Shown piece after piece: positions 41,149 to 51,167 of a DNA stretch of 64,000 nt. The first letter of the stretch is position 1. Every line of letters starts with the position of its first letter. The notes under the pieces were generated by a model, which did not search any database, was not told the DNA's origin, and saw only the letters and a program-made list of their open reading frames with translations. The translations under genes were made by a program, and so were the position numbers. This stretch comes from an uncultured Actinomycetota bacterium (GTDB lineage Bacteria > Actinomycetota > Humimicrobiia > Humimicrobiales > Humimicrobiaceae), in contig CAZQQX010000002.1 in NCBI GenBank assembly GCA_964595565.1, forward strand, positions 3,502 through 67,501, in the 5' to 3' direction.

Positions 41149-41460
41149 AATATAACACCATTAAAACCTGACATATTTTAATGTTACGTCCGGTAAATTT
41201 TAACCCGGATAAATACCACAGTCAAAACAAATTCCTGAATTTAAACGCCCGCTTAAAAATATTAAGAAAAATTTATAAAAAAATAAAATTAAATTAAAAT
41301 CTCTTTCTTATTTTATTACCTCCTTTTACTATTTACAATAGACATACATTCCGGACAACAGAAATATAAGAAAATATAATGCTTCCTCACGCCTTTATAA
41401 AATTGGATTTGAGACATAGAATAAGATATACAATCTTTACTTCCAAATACTTACTTCTTC

Positions 41461-41489
41461 TTGACAACTACCATTAAAATTATTAGAAT
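41461..41489 (+). promoter_or_regulatory. near-consensus sigma-A promoter (TTGACA - 17 nt - TAGAAT) for the surface-protein/ABC operon
   Basis: TTGACA 41461-41466, 17-nt spacer, TAGAAT 41484-41489; followed at +5 by the direct repeat TTCGGGT-N6-TTCGGGT (41501-41520) flanked by TAGC. Confidence 0.45.
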
Positions 41490-41592
41490 TTTCATTTAGC
41501 TTCGGGTAATAATTTCGGGTTAGCTGTATTACTTAAAAAACGCATAAAAATTTTAAGCAATTTAACAAAGTATATCAAAGGAGAGGTATAAA

Positions 41593-42513
41593 TTGGAAAT
41601 TATAAAAAGAAAGTTACCGGTATTTTTTATTATTTTGACTCTTGCATTATCAATTATTGCAATTATGCCCGCTGCATTACTTGCACAGGAAGAAGAAACA
41701 TCAGAAGAAGAATTTATTCCCGAGCCCGAACCGGAAGAATTGTCTTTTGAAACTACCCTTCCTAAAATACAGGCCGAAGAAGGAGAAACATTTAATTTTG
41801 ATTTCACTGTAATTTATAAGGCCGGCGACGAACCCTTTGGCCTTGATGAAAATACGAAAACAAAGCCCTTTGACATAACAGTTGACTACCCGACAGGCTG
41901 GATTGCAGCAGTGGCAAAAGGAACCACAGAAGCCCGCACCATTAATCTGGAATCAGGCAGTACGGAAAGCCTTAAACTTGTCGCAGCACCAAGAACATCG
42001 CAGGAACCCGGAGAATATAACTTTACAGTTACTTTTAAGTCTGCTATCGAGGGAGACCCTCTGGAAGAATCCATGGAATTCACAGCAGTAATAACTGCAA
42101 CTTATGAAATAAGCCTTACCACGAAAACCGGGAGATTGAGTACCGACATTACTTCCGGTAAAGATAATCATTATAAACTGGTCCTGGCCAATAACAGCTC
42201 TACATCTGTAGAGAATATAAGTTTAACTTCAACAGAACCCGAGGGCTGGCAGGTTGATTTTGATAATAAAGAAATTGATATAATAGAAGCCGGAGAAGAA
42301 AAGGAGATTGATGTAGTTATAAATCCTCCTGAAAAAACTATTGCAGGCGATTATATATTAACTTTCAAAGCTTCCAGCGAAAATAGTAACGACGAAATTG
42401 AATTAAGGGTTACTGTGGAAACTTCTACTATCTGGGGCATTGTAGGCATAGGAATCATTGTTATAGTTATAGTCGGCGTTGCCATAATCTTTACAAGATT
42501 GGGAAGAAGATAA
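41593..42513 (+). CDS. cell-surface protein with signal peptide, acidic linker, tandem NEW3/COG1470-like beta-sandwich domains and C-terminal TM anchor
   Basis: TTG start after AAGGAGAGG; signal peptide LTLALSIIAIMPAALLA; domain pattern ...NFTVTFKSAIEGDP... / ...YILTFKASSENSN...; C-terminal IWGIVGIGIIVIVIVGVAIIF-RLGRR; first gene of a 3-gene operon with an ABC transporter. Confidence 0.6.
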   Translation: MEIIKRKLPVFFIILTLALSIIAIMPAALLAQEEETSEEEFIPEPEPEELSFETTLPKIQAEEGETFNFDFTVIYKAGDEPFGLDENTKTKPFDITVDYPTGWIAAVAKGTTEARTINLESGSTESLKLVAAPRTSQEPGEYNFTVTFKSAIEGDPLEESMEFTAVITATYEISLTTKTGRLSTDITSGKDNHYKLVLANNSSTSVENISLTSTEPEGWQVDFDNKEIDIIEAGEEKEIDVVINPPEKTIAGDYILTFKASSENSNDEIELRVTVETSTIWGIVGIGIIVIVIVGVAIIFTRLGRR

Positions 42514-42516
42514 AAT

Positions 42517-43458
42517 ATGAATGATAATAATAATTTAATAATTTCTAAAAATTTATCCAAAAAGTATGACCGGCACCTGGCAGTGGATAATTTAAATATA
42601 AGTATTAAAAAAGGAGAAATATTTGGACTCCTGGGCCCCAATGGCGCCGGGAAATCTACCATTATCCTTATGATGCTCGGACTTACGGAACCAACATCGG
42701 GAAGTATCAATATCGGTGGCTTCAATTCAACCAGAGAACCTCTTAAAGTTAAGAGGATAACAGGGTACTTACCTGAAAAAGTAGGCTTTTATGAAGATAT
42801 GAGTGCCATAGGCAATCTTTTCTATACTGCAGAACTTAATAATATTCCCTACAGGGAAATCCCCAAAAAAATTGATGAAGCTCTGGAAATGGTAAGCCTC
42901 TCTAAAAATAAAAACCAGCCGGTCAGAACATTTTCAAAAGGAATGAAACAAAGACTGGGAATTGCCGATGTTCTTATAAAAGACCCCCGGCTGATAATTT
43001 TTGATGAGCCAACTGAAGGCCTTGATGTTAAAGTGGCAAATCAAATTCTCCAGACCATACTTGACCTTAATACCCGGAAAAATATTACATTTCTCCTATC
43101 ATCACACCAGCTAAATCTTGTACAGAGGGTATGCTCACAGGTGGGTATATTATCCAAGGGGAAATTAATCAACCAGGGAAGTGTTGAGAGTCTCGGGAGA
43201 CAATTATTTGGTGGTGGAAAATACAGAATAGAACTGGAACTTGAAAAAGTAACAGACGAAATAATTGAGAAGCTAAACAAACTGGACGGAGTAGTAAGTG
43301 TAACCCGTACCGATAACCAGCTTAAGGTCGTATGCGATAAAGATATAAGGCAGGATATATCAAGAATCATTTCAGGTGAAGGTACATTGTTAACCAGAAT
43401 GGATATAAAACAGGACGCACTGGAAGAAATCTATCTAAAATACTTTAAAGAGGAGTAA
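42517..43458 (+). CDS. ABC transporter ATP-binding protein
   Basis: 313 aa; Walker A GPNGAGKST, signature SKGMKQRL, Walker B LIIFDEPTEGLD. Confidence 0.9.
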   Translation: MNDNNNLIISKNLSKKYDRHLAVDNLNISIKKGEIFGLLGPNGAGKSTIILMMLGLTEPTSGSINIGGFNSTREPLKVKRITGYLPEKVGFYEDMSAIGNLFYTAELNNIPYREIPKKIDEALEMVSLSKNKNQPVRTFSKGMKQRLGIADVLIKDPRLIIFDEPTEGLDVKVANQILQTILDLNTRKNITFLLSSHQLNLVQRVCSQVGILSKGKLINQGSVESLGRQLFGGGKYRIELELEKVTDEIIEKLNKLDGVVSVTRTDNQLKVVCDKDIRQDISRIISGEGTLLTRMDIKQDALEEIYLKYFKEE

Positions 43459-43459
43459 A

Positions 43460-44422
43460 ATGAGAAGCATTTTAACTATATACAGGAAAGAACTTTCCGA
43501 TCACTTTAGCAGCAATAAATTTTTAATTCTTCTATCATTAATTTATATTGCAGGTCTGTCATCAACTTATGTGGCTCTCACCAACATAAGAGAGGCAGCG
43601 GGTTCGCTGGATGAACATGTTTTTCTTTATCTGTTTACTACAGGAGGCGATGTGCTTCCCTCGTTTATAACATTCATTAGCTTTTTTATACCCATAATCG
43701 GCATAATATTTGGCTTTGATGCTATAAATAGTGAAAGAAACAGTGGCAATTTAAGCAGAATCCTTTCCCAGCCAATCTACAGGGACAGCCTTATAAATGG
43801 TAAATTTTTAGCCGGTGTCACCACTCTCGGTATAATAATTGCCAGTATAGTATTTATTATCTCGGGCATAGGACTCTTTTCCATAGGGGTCCCGCCTAAC
43901 ACTGAAGAAATCTTAAGAATATTTTTCTTTATATTTATCTGTATTTTTTATGGTGGATTCTGGATGGGGCTTTCTATACTGTTTTCTGTAATTATGGAAA
44001 AAACAGCAGCATCAATATTAACTGCAATTGCGATATGGATATTTCTTATGTTTTTCCTTCCTATAATAGCCAATGCTGTAGCAAATTCAATGGCCCCGGT
44101 AACAGATAGCTCTTCTTTTTCTGAAATAGCAAGAAATTATAACATTGAAAATGCTATCTCAAAAATATCACCGGCTACTTTATTCAGCGAATCTATCATG
44201 GTGATACTTATCCCTTTAGGAGGAAATATATTATTTAATTCCGTTAGCTACCTGCAGTCATACAGCATGCTACAATCAGGCGAGATGAAGCTTAACCCGC
44301 TTTCTCTTGGACAGAGCCTTTTACAGGTATGGCCCCAGCTGGTTGTTATTGTAGCACTGGCAATTATTTGCTTTGCCATATCATATATTATATTTATGAG
44401 ACAGGAAATAAGGTCAACCTAA
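43460..44422 (+). CDS. ABC-2 family transporter permease
   Basis: 320 aa, ~6 predicted TM helices, immediately follows the ATPase (1-nt gap). Confidence 0.75.
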   Translation: MRSILTIYRKELSDHFSSNKFLILLSLIYIAGLSSTYVALTNIREAAGSLDEHVFLYLFTTGGDVLPSFITFISFFIPIIGIIFGFDAINSERNSGNLSRILSQPIYRDSLINGKFLAGVTTLGIIIASIVFIISGIGLFSIGVPPNTEEILRIFFFIFICIFYGGFWMGLSILFSVIMEKTAASILTAIAIWIFLMFFLPIIANAVANSMAPVTDSSSFSEIARNYNIENAISKISPATLFSESIMVILIPLGGNILFNSVSYLQSYSMLQSGEMKLNPLSLGQSLLQVWPQLVVIVALAIICFAISYIIFMRQEIRST

Positions 44423-44706
44423 TCCTGATGGGTGGTAACTTCCTCAATCAGGCTCGTTCCTACTGATATTTTATCCAGGCTATGGATAGAAGCACCGTTC
44501 TGTTTTATAATCTTTTCTACTCTGTCATAGTCTATTGAATCACCTTCACAGGTTATTTTAACATTCTCAACTTTCTTGTCCATTTCAATCAATGATATAT
44601 CAACTCCATACACTCCCGGAAGGTCAGCAAGTTTGATTGAAAGTTCTACCATGCCAGGTGAATGAGGTTTCAGTACATCCAGTACTATTCTTCTTATATT
44701 TGCCAA
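44419..44706 (-). CDS. DUF211 (COG1888) family protein
   Basis: IRRIVLDVLKPHSPGMVELSIKLADLPGVYGVDISLIEMDKKVENVKITCEGDSIDYDRVEKIIKQNGASIHSLD matches the DUF211 pattern; probable TTG start at 44706 (AAGGAG + 9 nt); the track ORF has a spurious N-terminal extension. Confidence 0.7.
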   Translation of the reverse strand: MANIRRIVLDVLKPHSPGMVELSIKLADLPGVYGVDISLIEMDKKVENVKITCEGDSIDYDRVEKIIKQNGASIHSLDKISVGTSLIEEVTTHQD

Positions 44707-44765
44707 TTTTATTATCTCCTTTTCTTGAAAAATAACGTAAAAATATAAAAACTTAAAATAATTTA

Positions 44766-45731
44766 TCATTTATTCATATTGTATCTCCTCCTCAGAACCT
44801 TAAGGCACCCAAGCAGATCATTGGACAATTTATCTTCAATTACCATCTTCTCTCCTGTCACAGGATGACGCAATTCCAGCCTGCACGAATGTAAAAATTG
44901 CCTGTCCAGTCCCAGTTCATTTGCCAGGCTCCTTGAACCACTGTTCCCGTATAAATCATCCCCTATCACAGGGTGCCCGATATAACTTAAGTGTACCCTT
45001 ATTTGATGTGTCCTGCCCGTTTTTGGAAATACATTTAATAATGTAGAACTCTTGAATTCTTCTGCAGCCTCAAACCCGGTTACTGCATCCCTTCCTCTGT
45101 CAATTGATATACTCATTTTTTTTCTATCCATTCTGGAGCGGCCTATTGGAAGAATAATCTCACCCTTTTTCTCCGAGAACTTACCCCATACCAGCGCAAT
45201 ATAAGTTTTTTTTACCTGCCTGTTTTTGAATTTCTCCGATAATATTCTGTGAGTATGGTTATCTTTTGCTATTATAAGCAGCCCCGAAGTATTCTTATCA
45301 AGCCTATGAACAATTCCCGCCCTACTTCTGCCAGAAAGGTCTGATAATTTTTCGTAATGGTAAAGCAGTGCGTTAACAACCGTATCTTTATTTAAACCCG
45401 GAACAGGATGTGTTATCATTCCCGGCTCTTTGGATATAACAAGAAGATACTCATCTTCATATACTACCTTAAGATTTATCTTTTGTGCCTCTATCAAAGC
45501 ATCAGACTGCTTCTCTTCAGAAAAATCTATCACAATTGCATCATTTTCAATAACTCTGTAGTGCTTACTTACAGATTTGCTATTTACTCTCACCTTCTCT
45601 TTGCTTATTATATTCTGAATGTAGCTTCTTGAGACATCTTTTATTCTAGAAGTTAAAAATTTATCAATCCTCTGGCCCTCACTTCCGGTATCTACTATAA
45701 AACTTAAAACACTTTCGTCTTTCTTACTCAA
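44766..45731 (-). CDS. rluD: 23S rRNA pseudouridine synthase, RluA/RluD family
   Basis: 321 aa; S4 domain N-terminus, catalytic HRLDKNTSGLLIIAKD; lspA-rluD synteny. Confidence 0.85.
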   Translation of the reverse strand: MSKKDESVLSFIVDTGSEGQRIDKFLTSRIKDVSRSYIQNIISKEKVRVNSKSVSKHYRVIENDAIVIDFSEEKQSDALIEAQKINLKVVYEDEYLLVISKEPGMITHPVPGLNKDTVVNALLYHYEKLSDLSGRSRAGIVHRLDKNTSGLLIIAKDNHTHRILSEKFKNRQVKKTYIALVWGKFSEKKGEIILPIGRSRMDRKKMSISIDRGRDAVTGFEAAEEFKSSTLLNVFPKTGRTHQIRVHLSYIGHPVIGDDLYGNSGSRSLANELGLDRQFLHSCRLELRHPVTGEKMVIEDKLSNDLLGCLKVLRRRYNMNK

Positions 45732-46224
45732 CTCCTCTTAATCTTCTTTTCACGAAATATTCTTTAAGTATTATTATTATAGTAAAACAAAAGCCTATAT
45801 TAATAAATAGGTCAGCGACATTAAACACCGCCCCAAAAAAAGTAAAATTAAAAAAATCAGTAACTTTACCGGCGAAATATCTATCAACAAGGTTGCCCAG
45901 CGCACCTCCCAGAATAAAACCCAGTGATATATTGTAGAAAACAGAATTAATCTTGAGTATAGTTTTTAAAAGAACTATTAAAAAAATAGCTATAATCGAT
46001 ATTACAGTCAGAACTTTTGTATACCCCTGAAACAACCCAAAAGCTGCACCGGTATTATTTATATGGGTTATATAAAAAAAACCTTTTATTATTTCTATTG
46101 AGCTATTAACCGGAAGTTTCTGGATTACAAGGTATTTAGTTACCTGGTCAATTACCATTATACAAATACCGGTGATTATAAAATATAAATTCATAAAAAT
46201 ATTTCTTCTTGTTATTCTATTCAT
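45724..46224 (-). CDS. lspA: lipoprotein signal peptidase (SPase II)
   Basis: 166 aa; 4 TM segments, NTGAAFG and FNVAD motifs. Confidence 0.85.
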   Translation of the reverse strand: MNRITRRNIFMNLYFIITGICIMVIDQVTKYLVIQKLPVNSSIEIIKGFFYITHINNTGAAFGLFQGYTKVLTVISIIAIFLIVLLKTILKINSVFYNISLGFILGGALGNLVDRYFAGKVTDFFNFTFFGAVFNVADLFINIGFCFTIIIILKEYFVKRRLRGVE

Positions 46225-46225
46225 T

Positions 46226-49200
46226 TTAACTTATACTTCCCACAACCCTCAGGCCAATTTTTACCTGTTTACCATTCACATTTACTTTTTTTACAAACAT
46301 ATCTTCCTTAAAATCAGAACCCATTGATTTGCTCAGGGTTTCCTTCATTATATAATTTCTATATTTCTCCAATATACTTTCTTTTATACCAGGCCCCAGA
46401 GCAAGTTCTATGATATTTTCTATCTGGAAACCTGCTTCCTTTCTTAAATTCTGTATCTGATGGACCAGTTCCCTGCAAAACCCTTCTTCCAGTAAATCCT
46501 CCGATATCATGGTAGGAAGACCCACATTAAATACACCATCGCTCTCCACGCCGAAACCTTCTTTATTCTTTATCTCAACAATTACCTCTTCAGACAATAT
46601 TTCTATTTGCTTTCCACCAATCATTAAATTAATATTTTTATTATTTTTAACCCTTAGTGCAGTATTCACTGGATTTTCAGAAAATAACGACTCCTTTATC
46701 GAATTAACCATACTACCATACTTTCTGCCCAGCAACGGGAGATTTGGCTTTATATTATAAGAAACCAGTTCATTTATATCCCCTACAAACTCAATATCCC
46801 TGACATTAAGCTCACTGGTAATAATATCCTTAAAATAATTAATAGCTTCCTTCTTCCTGTCATCTTTTTCAAAATATACAAGCACCTTCTCAACTGGCTG
46901 TCTGACTTTAATATTTACCTTATTTCTTATCGCCCTGCCAAGATTGACCACTTTTCGTGCCGTATCCATTTTAAAACTAAGGTCCTTATCTATAACGCTT
47001 TCATCAGCCTCGGGGTAATTTTCCAGGTGCACACTCTCCTCACCTTTCCCCGGACTTCCTGCAAGGTTCTTGTAAATTTCTTCACTCATGAATGGTATAA
47101 AAGGAGCACATAAAATAGAAACATTTACCAGGCATTCATAAAGAGTTTTATAGGCGCTTATTTTATCCCTGTCTTCTTCACTTTTCCAGAATCTTCTCCT
47201 ACTTCTCCTTACATACCAGTTTGAAAGAGTATCAACAAAATTTTGAATTTCCCTCCCGCTTTCAGTAACATTAAAATTATCCATTAAATCATTAACTTTT
47301 TTTATAGTCCGGTTGAGCTCCGATAGTATCCACCGGTCAAGTTCAAATCTGTCCTTTACTTCAAGCTCGTAATTGTAAGGATTAAAATTATCTATATTGG
47401 CATAAATTACAAAAAAAGTATAAGTGTTCCAGAGGGTAAGCATAAATTTCCTTATCACCTCATCAACTGCTCTCATTGAAAAGTTTTTTGGCAGCCACGG
47501 GGATACCCCTGTAAAGAAATACCATCTCAGGGCATCTGCTCCCTGTTTATTTAAAATATCCCAGGGGTTTATAACATTTCCCCTTGATTTGGACATTTTT
47601 TGTCCTTTTTCATCATTTATCAGACCAAGACACAGTACATTTTTGTAACAGGATTTTTTAAAAAGTAATGTGGAAATGGCAAGAAGAGTATAAAACCATC
47701 CCCTGGTCTGGTCAATTGCTTCGCAGATAAAATCTGCAGGAAAACTTTCCTTAAATAACTCTTCATTTTCAAAAGGATAATGATACTGAGCATAAGGCAT
47801 TGACCCGGAATCAAACCACACATCTATTACTTCGGGCACTCTTTTCATATCTTTGCCACATACAGGACATTTTATTATGATATTATCCACATAAGGCCTG
47901 TGCAGGTCCAGATTTTCGGGCAGGTTAACTGCCTTCTCTTTTAGTTCCTCTATGCTTCCTATGCAAATTTTATGGCCATCTTCATCCATCCATACAGGAA
48001 GTGGCGTACCCCAGTATCTTTCTCTGGTAAGAGCCCAGTCAATATTATTTTCAAGCCACTTCCCGAACCTTCCATATTTTATATGCCCGGGATACCAGCT
48101 TATTTCTTCATTAGATTTTAAAAGCTCATCCTTTATCCCGGAAGTTTTTATGTACCAGCTCTTTTTTGCATAGTACATTAACCTGCTATCACACCTCCAG
48201 CAAAAAGGATACGAGTGCCTGATTTTTTTAATATCAAAAAGCAATTTTCTTTCTTTTAGATCTTCAATTATTTTAGAATTTGCCTCTTCAGCATTTAAGC
48301 CGGCAAATTTTCTTACCTCTTTTTTAAACCTGCCTCCTTCATCCACCATCTGTACAACAGGCAGATTATTTTCCCTCCCGGCGTTCATATCATCCTCCCC
48401 AAAGGCAGGGGCAATATGAACAATTCCTGTACCTTCTTCAATGGATACAAAATCCCCTGCAATAATTTTAAAAGCATTGCTGTTACCACCGGCATAATCA
48501 TAAACAGGTGTATACTTTGAGAAAATAATTTCACTGCCCTTAAAAGTGGAATTAACATTATATCCTGAACCTTCCCCTAGAACTTCCTGCAGTAAACTCT
48601 CTGCCAGTATTAAATTTTCGCCCTTAAAATTGACCTCTGCATAATCAGATTCCCTGTTTACTGCTGCAGCCACGTTTGATATTAAAGTCCATGGAGTTGT
48701 GGTCCATACAAGAAAATATGTATTATCTTTTCCGTCAAAGGGGAATTTTACCATTATAGAGAGATCTTCTACTTCTTTATATCCCTGGGCTATCTCATGG
48801 GATGAAAGTGCAGTCCCGCACCTGGGACAGTAAGGAACAATTTTATAGTCCCGGTACAATAAGTTGTTCTCCCATATTTTTTTCAATATCCACCATACAG
48901 TTTCAATATAATCATTCTTATAGGTCAGATAAGCATTATCCATATCCAGCCAGAACCCTATGCGTTCGGTAAGTTTTTCCCATTCCCCTTCATATTCCAT
49001 AACATTCTGTCTGCACAGATTATTAAATTTCTCTATGCCAATTTCTTCTATTTCTTTTTTTGAGTTAATGTTTAACTCTTTTTCAACTTCTATTTCTACA
49101 GGAAGCCCGTGCGTATCCCACCCTGCTTTTCTCGGCACATAATAACCCTTCATGGTTTTATATCTGGGAAAAATGTCTTTATAAACACGTGAAAGGACAT

Positions 49201-49393
49201 GATGAACACCGGGTGCTCCATTGGCAGTAGGTGGCCCTTCGTAGAATACAAATTTTTCTTTACATTCATTTTTTTTCAGGGTTTTTTCAAAAATATTATT
49301 TTCTTTCCAGAACTTTAGAATTTTTTTTTCCAGTTTTACCAGATCTACATTGCTGTTAACTTTTTTAAACATACCTTTTACCCTTATTATCAA
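46226..49393 (-). CDS. ileS: isoleucyl-tRNA synthetase
   Basis: 1055 aa; HIGH-type PTANGAPGVHHVLS, KMSKS, CP1 editing domain. Confidence 0.95.
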   Translation of the reverse strand: MIIRVKGMFKKVNSNVDLVKLEKKILKFWKENNIFEKTLKKNECKEKFVFYEGPPTANGAPGVHHVLSRVYKDIFPRYKTMKGYYVPRKAGWDTHGLPVEIEVEKELNINSKKEIEEIGIEKFNNLCRQNVMEYEGEWEKLTERIGFWLDMDNAYLTYKNDYIETVWWILKKIWENNLLYRDYKIVPYCPRCGTALSSHEIAQGYKEVEDLSIMVKFPFDGKDNTYFLVWTTTPWTLISNVAAAVNRESDYAEVNFKGENLILAESLLQEVLGEGSGYNVNSTFKGSEIIFSKYTPVYDYAGGNSNAFKIIAGDFVSIEEGTGIVHIAPAFGEDDMNAGRENNLPVVQMVDEGGRFKKEVRKFAGLNAEEANSKIIEDLKERKLLFDIKKIRHSYPFCWRCDSRLMYYAKKSWYIKTSGIKDELLKSNEEISWYPGHIKYGRFGKWLENNIDWALTRERYWGTPLPVWMDEDGHKICIGSIEELKEKAVNLPENLDLHRPYVDNIIIKCPVCGKDMKRVPEVIDVWFDSGSMPYAQYHYPFENEELFKESFPADFICEAIDQTRGWFYTLLAISTLLFKKSCYKNVLCLGLINDEKGQKMSKSRGNVINPWDILNKQGADALRWYFFTGVSPWLPKNFSMRAVDEVIRKFMLTLWNTYTFFVIYANIDNFNPYNYELEVKDRFELDRWILSELNRTIKKVNDLMDNFNVTESGREIQNFVDTLSNWYVRRSRRRFWKSEEDRDKISAYKTLYECLVNVSILCAPFIPFMSEEIYKNLAGSPGKGEESVHLENYPEADESVIDKDLSFKMDTARKVVNLGRAIRNKVNIKVRQPVEKVLVYFEKDDRKKEAINYFKDIITSELNVRDIEFVGDINELVSYNIKPNLPLLGRKYGSMVNSIKESLFSENPVNTALRVKNNKNINLMIGGKQIEILSEEVIVEIKNKEGFGVESDGVFNVGLPTMISEDLLEEGFCRELVHQIQNLRKEAGFQIENIIELALGPGIKESILEKYRNYIMKETLSKSMGSDFKEDMFVKKVNVNGKQVKIGLRVVGSIS

Positions 49394-49443
49394 ATTAATA
49401 AATTAAATCCCTGAAACTGTTTAATAGATTTTATATAATTAGT

Positions 49444-50271
49444 TTAATTTTGTGAAGTAGAAATATCACTGTTATCAATAAGTTCCTGGAGGATTTTTGC
49501 AGACCTTACAGCCTGCGCTCTGTAATGATTATTAAAATATATGCAGGTTTTTTTTGTGCCTTCCGCCACTTTTTTTATTCTGGGCACCCATTCCGTCAGC
49601 TCTTCTCTGCTATAAAGATAGTCATACCTCTGATAAGAGTATTTCGGTCTCCACCAGCTAATTTCATTCCTTCCATGAAACCTTATATAACCAGTATCAC
49701 TGGTTATAATACTCGTAGGTGGAAGTAAACCTTTAAGCCCGGGCTCATCTACATTACAAAAACCTATATTTAAATCTTTTAGATATTCTATTGTTTCCTT
49801 TCTTAACCAGCTAATATTTCTGAATTCCACGCTGAGCTCCAGTTCACCGAAATCTTCCCTGAGTCGATTTAAATACTTCAAATTTTCTTTGCTGAATTTA
49901 AAGGCCCAGGGAAACTGAAGGAGTACAGAGCCCATTCTGTTTTTCTCAATAAAGGGCTGAAGAGAAATAATAAACTGTTTGATACCTTCAATTTTCAAAT
50001 CCCTGGTATGGGTCACGCTACTATGAGCTTTTACCGAAAAAATAAAATCCTGACCCACCTTCTCAGACATTTTTTTAAATATATGGGGATACGGGAGAGT
50101 ATAGTAGGTAAAATTTATTTCCACTGTATCAAAAAACCTGCTGTAATATCTTAACTGTTCTTTTTTATCAAGTTCAGGGGGGTAAAAATTAATATTCCAA
50201 TCATCATAACTGTACCCTGACGTGCCTATAAAAACCCTTTTCATTAATTTATAAGAATGGTGAAATTTCAC
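49444..50271 (-). CDS. DUF72 (YecE) family protein
   Basis: 275 aa; IGTSGYSYDDW...FYP N-terminus typical of DUF72. Confidence 0.8.
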   Translation of the reverse strand: MKFHHSYKLMKRVFIGTSGYSYDDWNINFYPPELDKKEQLRYYSRFFDTVEINFTYYTLPYPHIFKKMSEKVGQDFIFSVKAHSSVTHTRDLKIEGIKQFIISLQPFIEKNRMGSVLLQFPWAFKFSKENLKYLNRLREDFGELELSVEFRNISWLRKETIEYLKDLNIGFCNVDEPGLKGLLPPTSIITSDTGYIRFHGRNEISWWRPKYSYQRYDYLYSREELTEWVPRIKKVAEGTKKTCIYFNNHYRAQAVRSAKILQELIDNSDISTSQN

Positions 50272-50575
50272 TCAATATTCTATCTTTGGGCATAGCGCCT
50301 ATAAGTGTCTTGACAAGTTTTCCGTCTTTAAACAATAATAATGTAGGGATATTGTTTATGCCATATCTTATTGCTATATATCTATTATCATCTACATTGA
50401 GCCTTCCGATTTTCAATTCATTTCCTTTTTCTAATGCTAATTTTTCAAGTTCGGGTTCTATCAACCTGCAGGGTCCACACCATACAGCCCAAAAATCCAC
50501 CAGAACCGGTACATCCGAATTAATTACTTCATTGATAAAGTTTGATTCGGTAAATTGATGAACAAGTTCAGACAT
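50249..50575 (-). CDS. trxA: thioredoxin
   Basis: 108 aa; WCGPC active site. Confidence 0.9.
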   Translation of the reverse strand: MSELVHQFTESNFINEVINSDVPVLVDFWAVWCGPCRLIEPELEKLALEKGNELKIGRLNVDDNRYIAIRYGINNIPTLLLFKDGKLVKTLIGAMPKDRILSEISPFL

Positions 50576-50669
50576 TACTCCACCTTTCTAAAATTACTAT
50601 TATTTTGCTATTATTTTTTTTAACCTAGAATATACTTACAAATACATTGCACGGAATACATTGCTGGAA

Positions 50670-50927
50670 TCATAAATACTCTATCATCTCAATCTTCTCC
50701 ACATTTATAAAAACAATTTCTCTTCTGGCTTTATTTTCATCCATGATTTCCCCGGTACCATCTATATAGTATACTTCTGCATCAGCTACCGGTATGAACT
50801 TATTCTTCTGAGATGTTATATAATCACTCAACCTTCCGTCAACCAGTGTGTAGACCGTACCTTTTACTATGGTGGATTCCGTTTTAATCTTTACCCTGAC
50901 TTTTTGTTTTTCAATTCTCATTTGCAT
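50670..50927 (-). CDS. hypothetical small protein (85 aa)
   Basis: ORF only; no family recognised. Confidence 0.35.
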   Translation of the reverse strand: MQMRIEKQKVRVKIKTESTIVKGTVYTLVDGRLSDYITSQKNKFIPVADAEVYYIDGTGEIMDENKARREIVFINVEKIEMIEYL

Positions 50928-51167
50928 GGCATTTAAAAAACTAATAATAATTATTAAAAGATATTATCAGAGGTATTTTTTTTAGTCAAATATATTCTTA
51001 TTGATTTTATGCAGGCAAAACCACAGTACTACATTTATAATTTTATAACACTTTTATAAAAAATTTATTTAAATTGTATTGATAATTTATTGTTTTTATC
51101 TGATAATATACTATAATAACCTATAAAAACTAAAGATTAATTTTTAAATCACTTCGGAGGGGGAGAA

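Noticed and set aside
41562-41807. 81-aa minus-strand Ser/Gly-rich ORF overlapping the start of the surface-protein gene
   Set aside because: It is antisense to the TTG-initiated surface protein gene, which has a strong RBS and promoter. Its low-complexity sequence mirrors the acidic linker on the other strand.
49394-49443. Looked for a T-box leader upstream of ileS and a SAM riboswitch upstream of metK (23300-23330)
   Set aside because: Both intergenic gaps are only ~30-50 nt, too short for these ~200-nt riboswitch/T-box elements. These genes are evidently read through from upstream genes.
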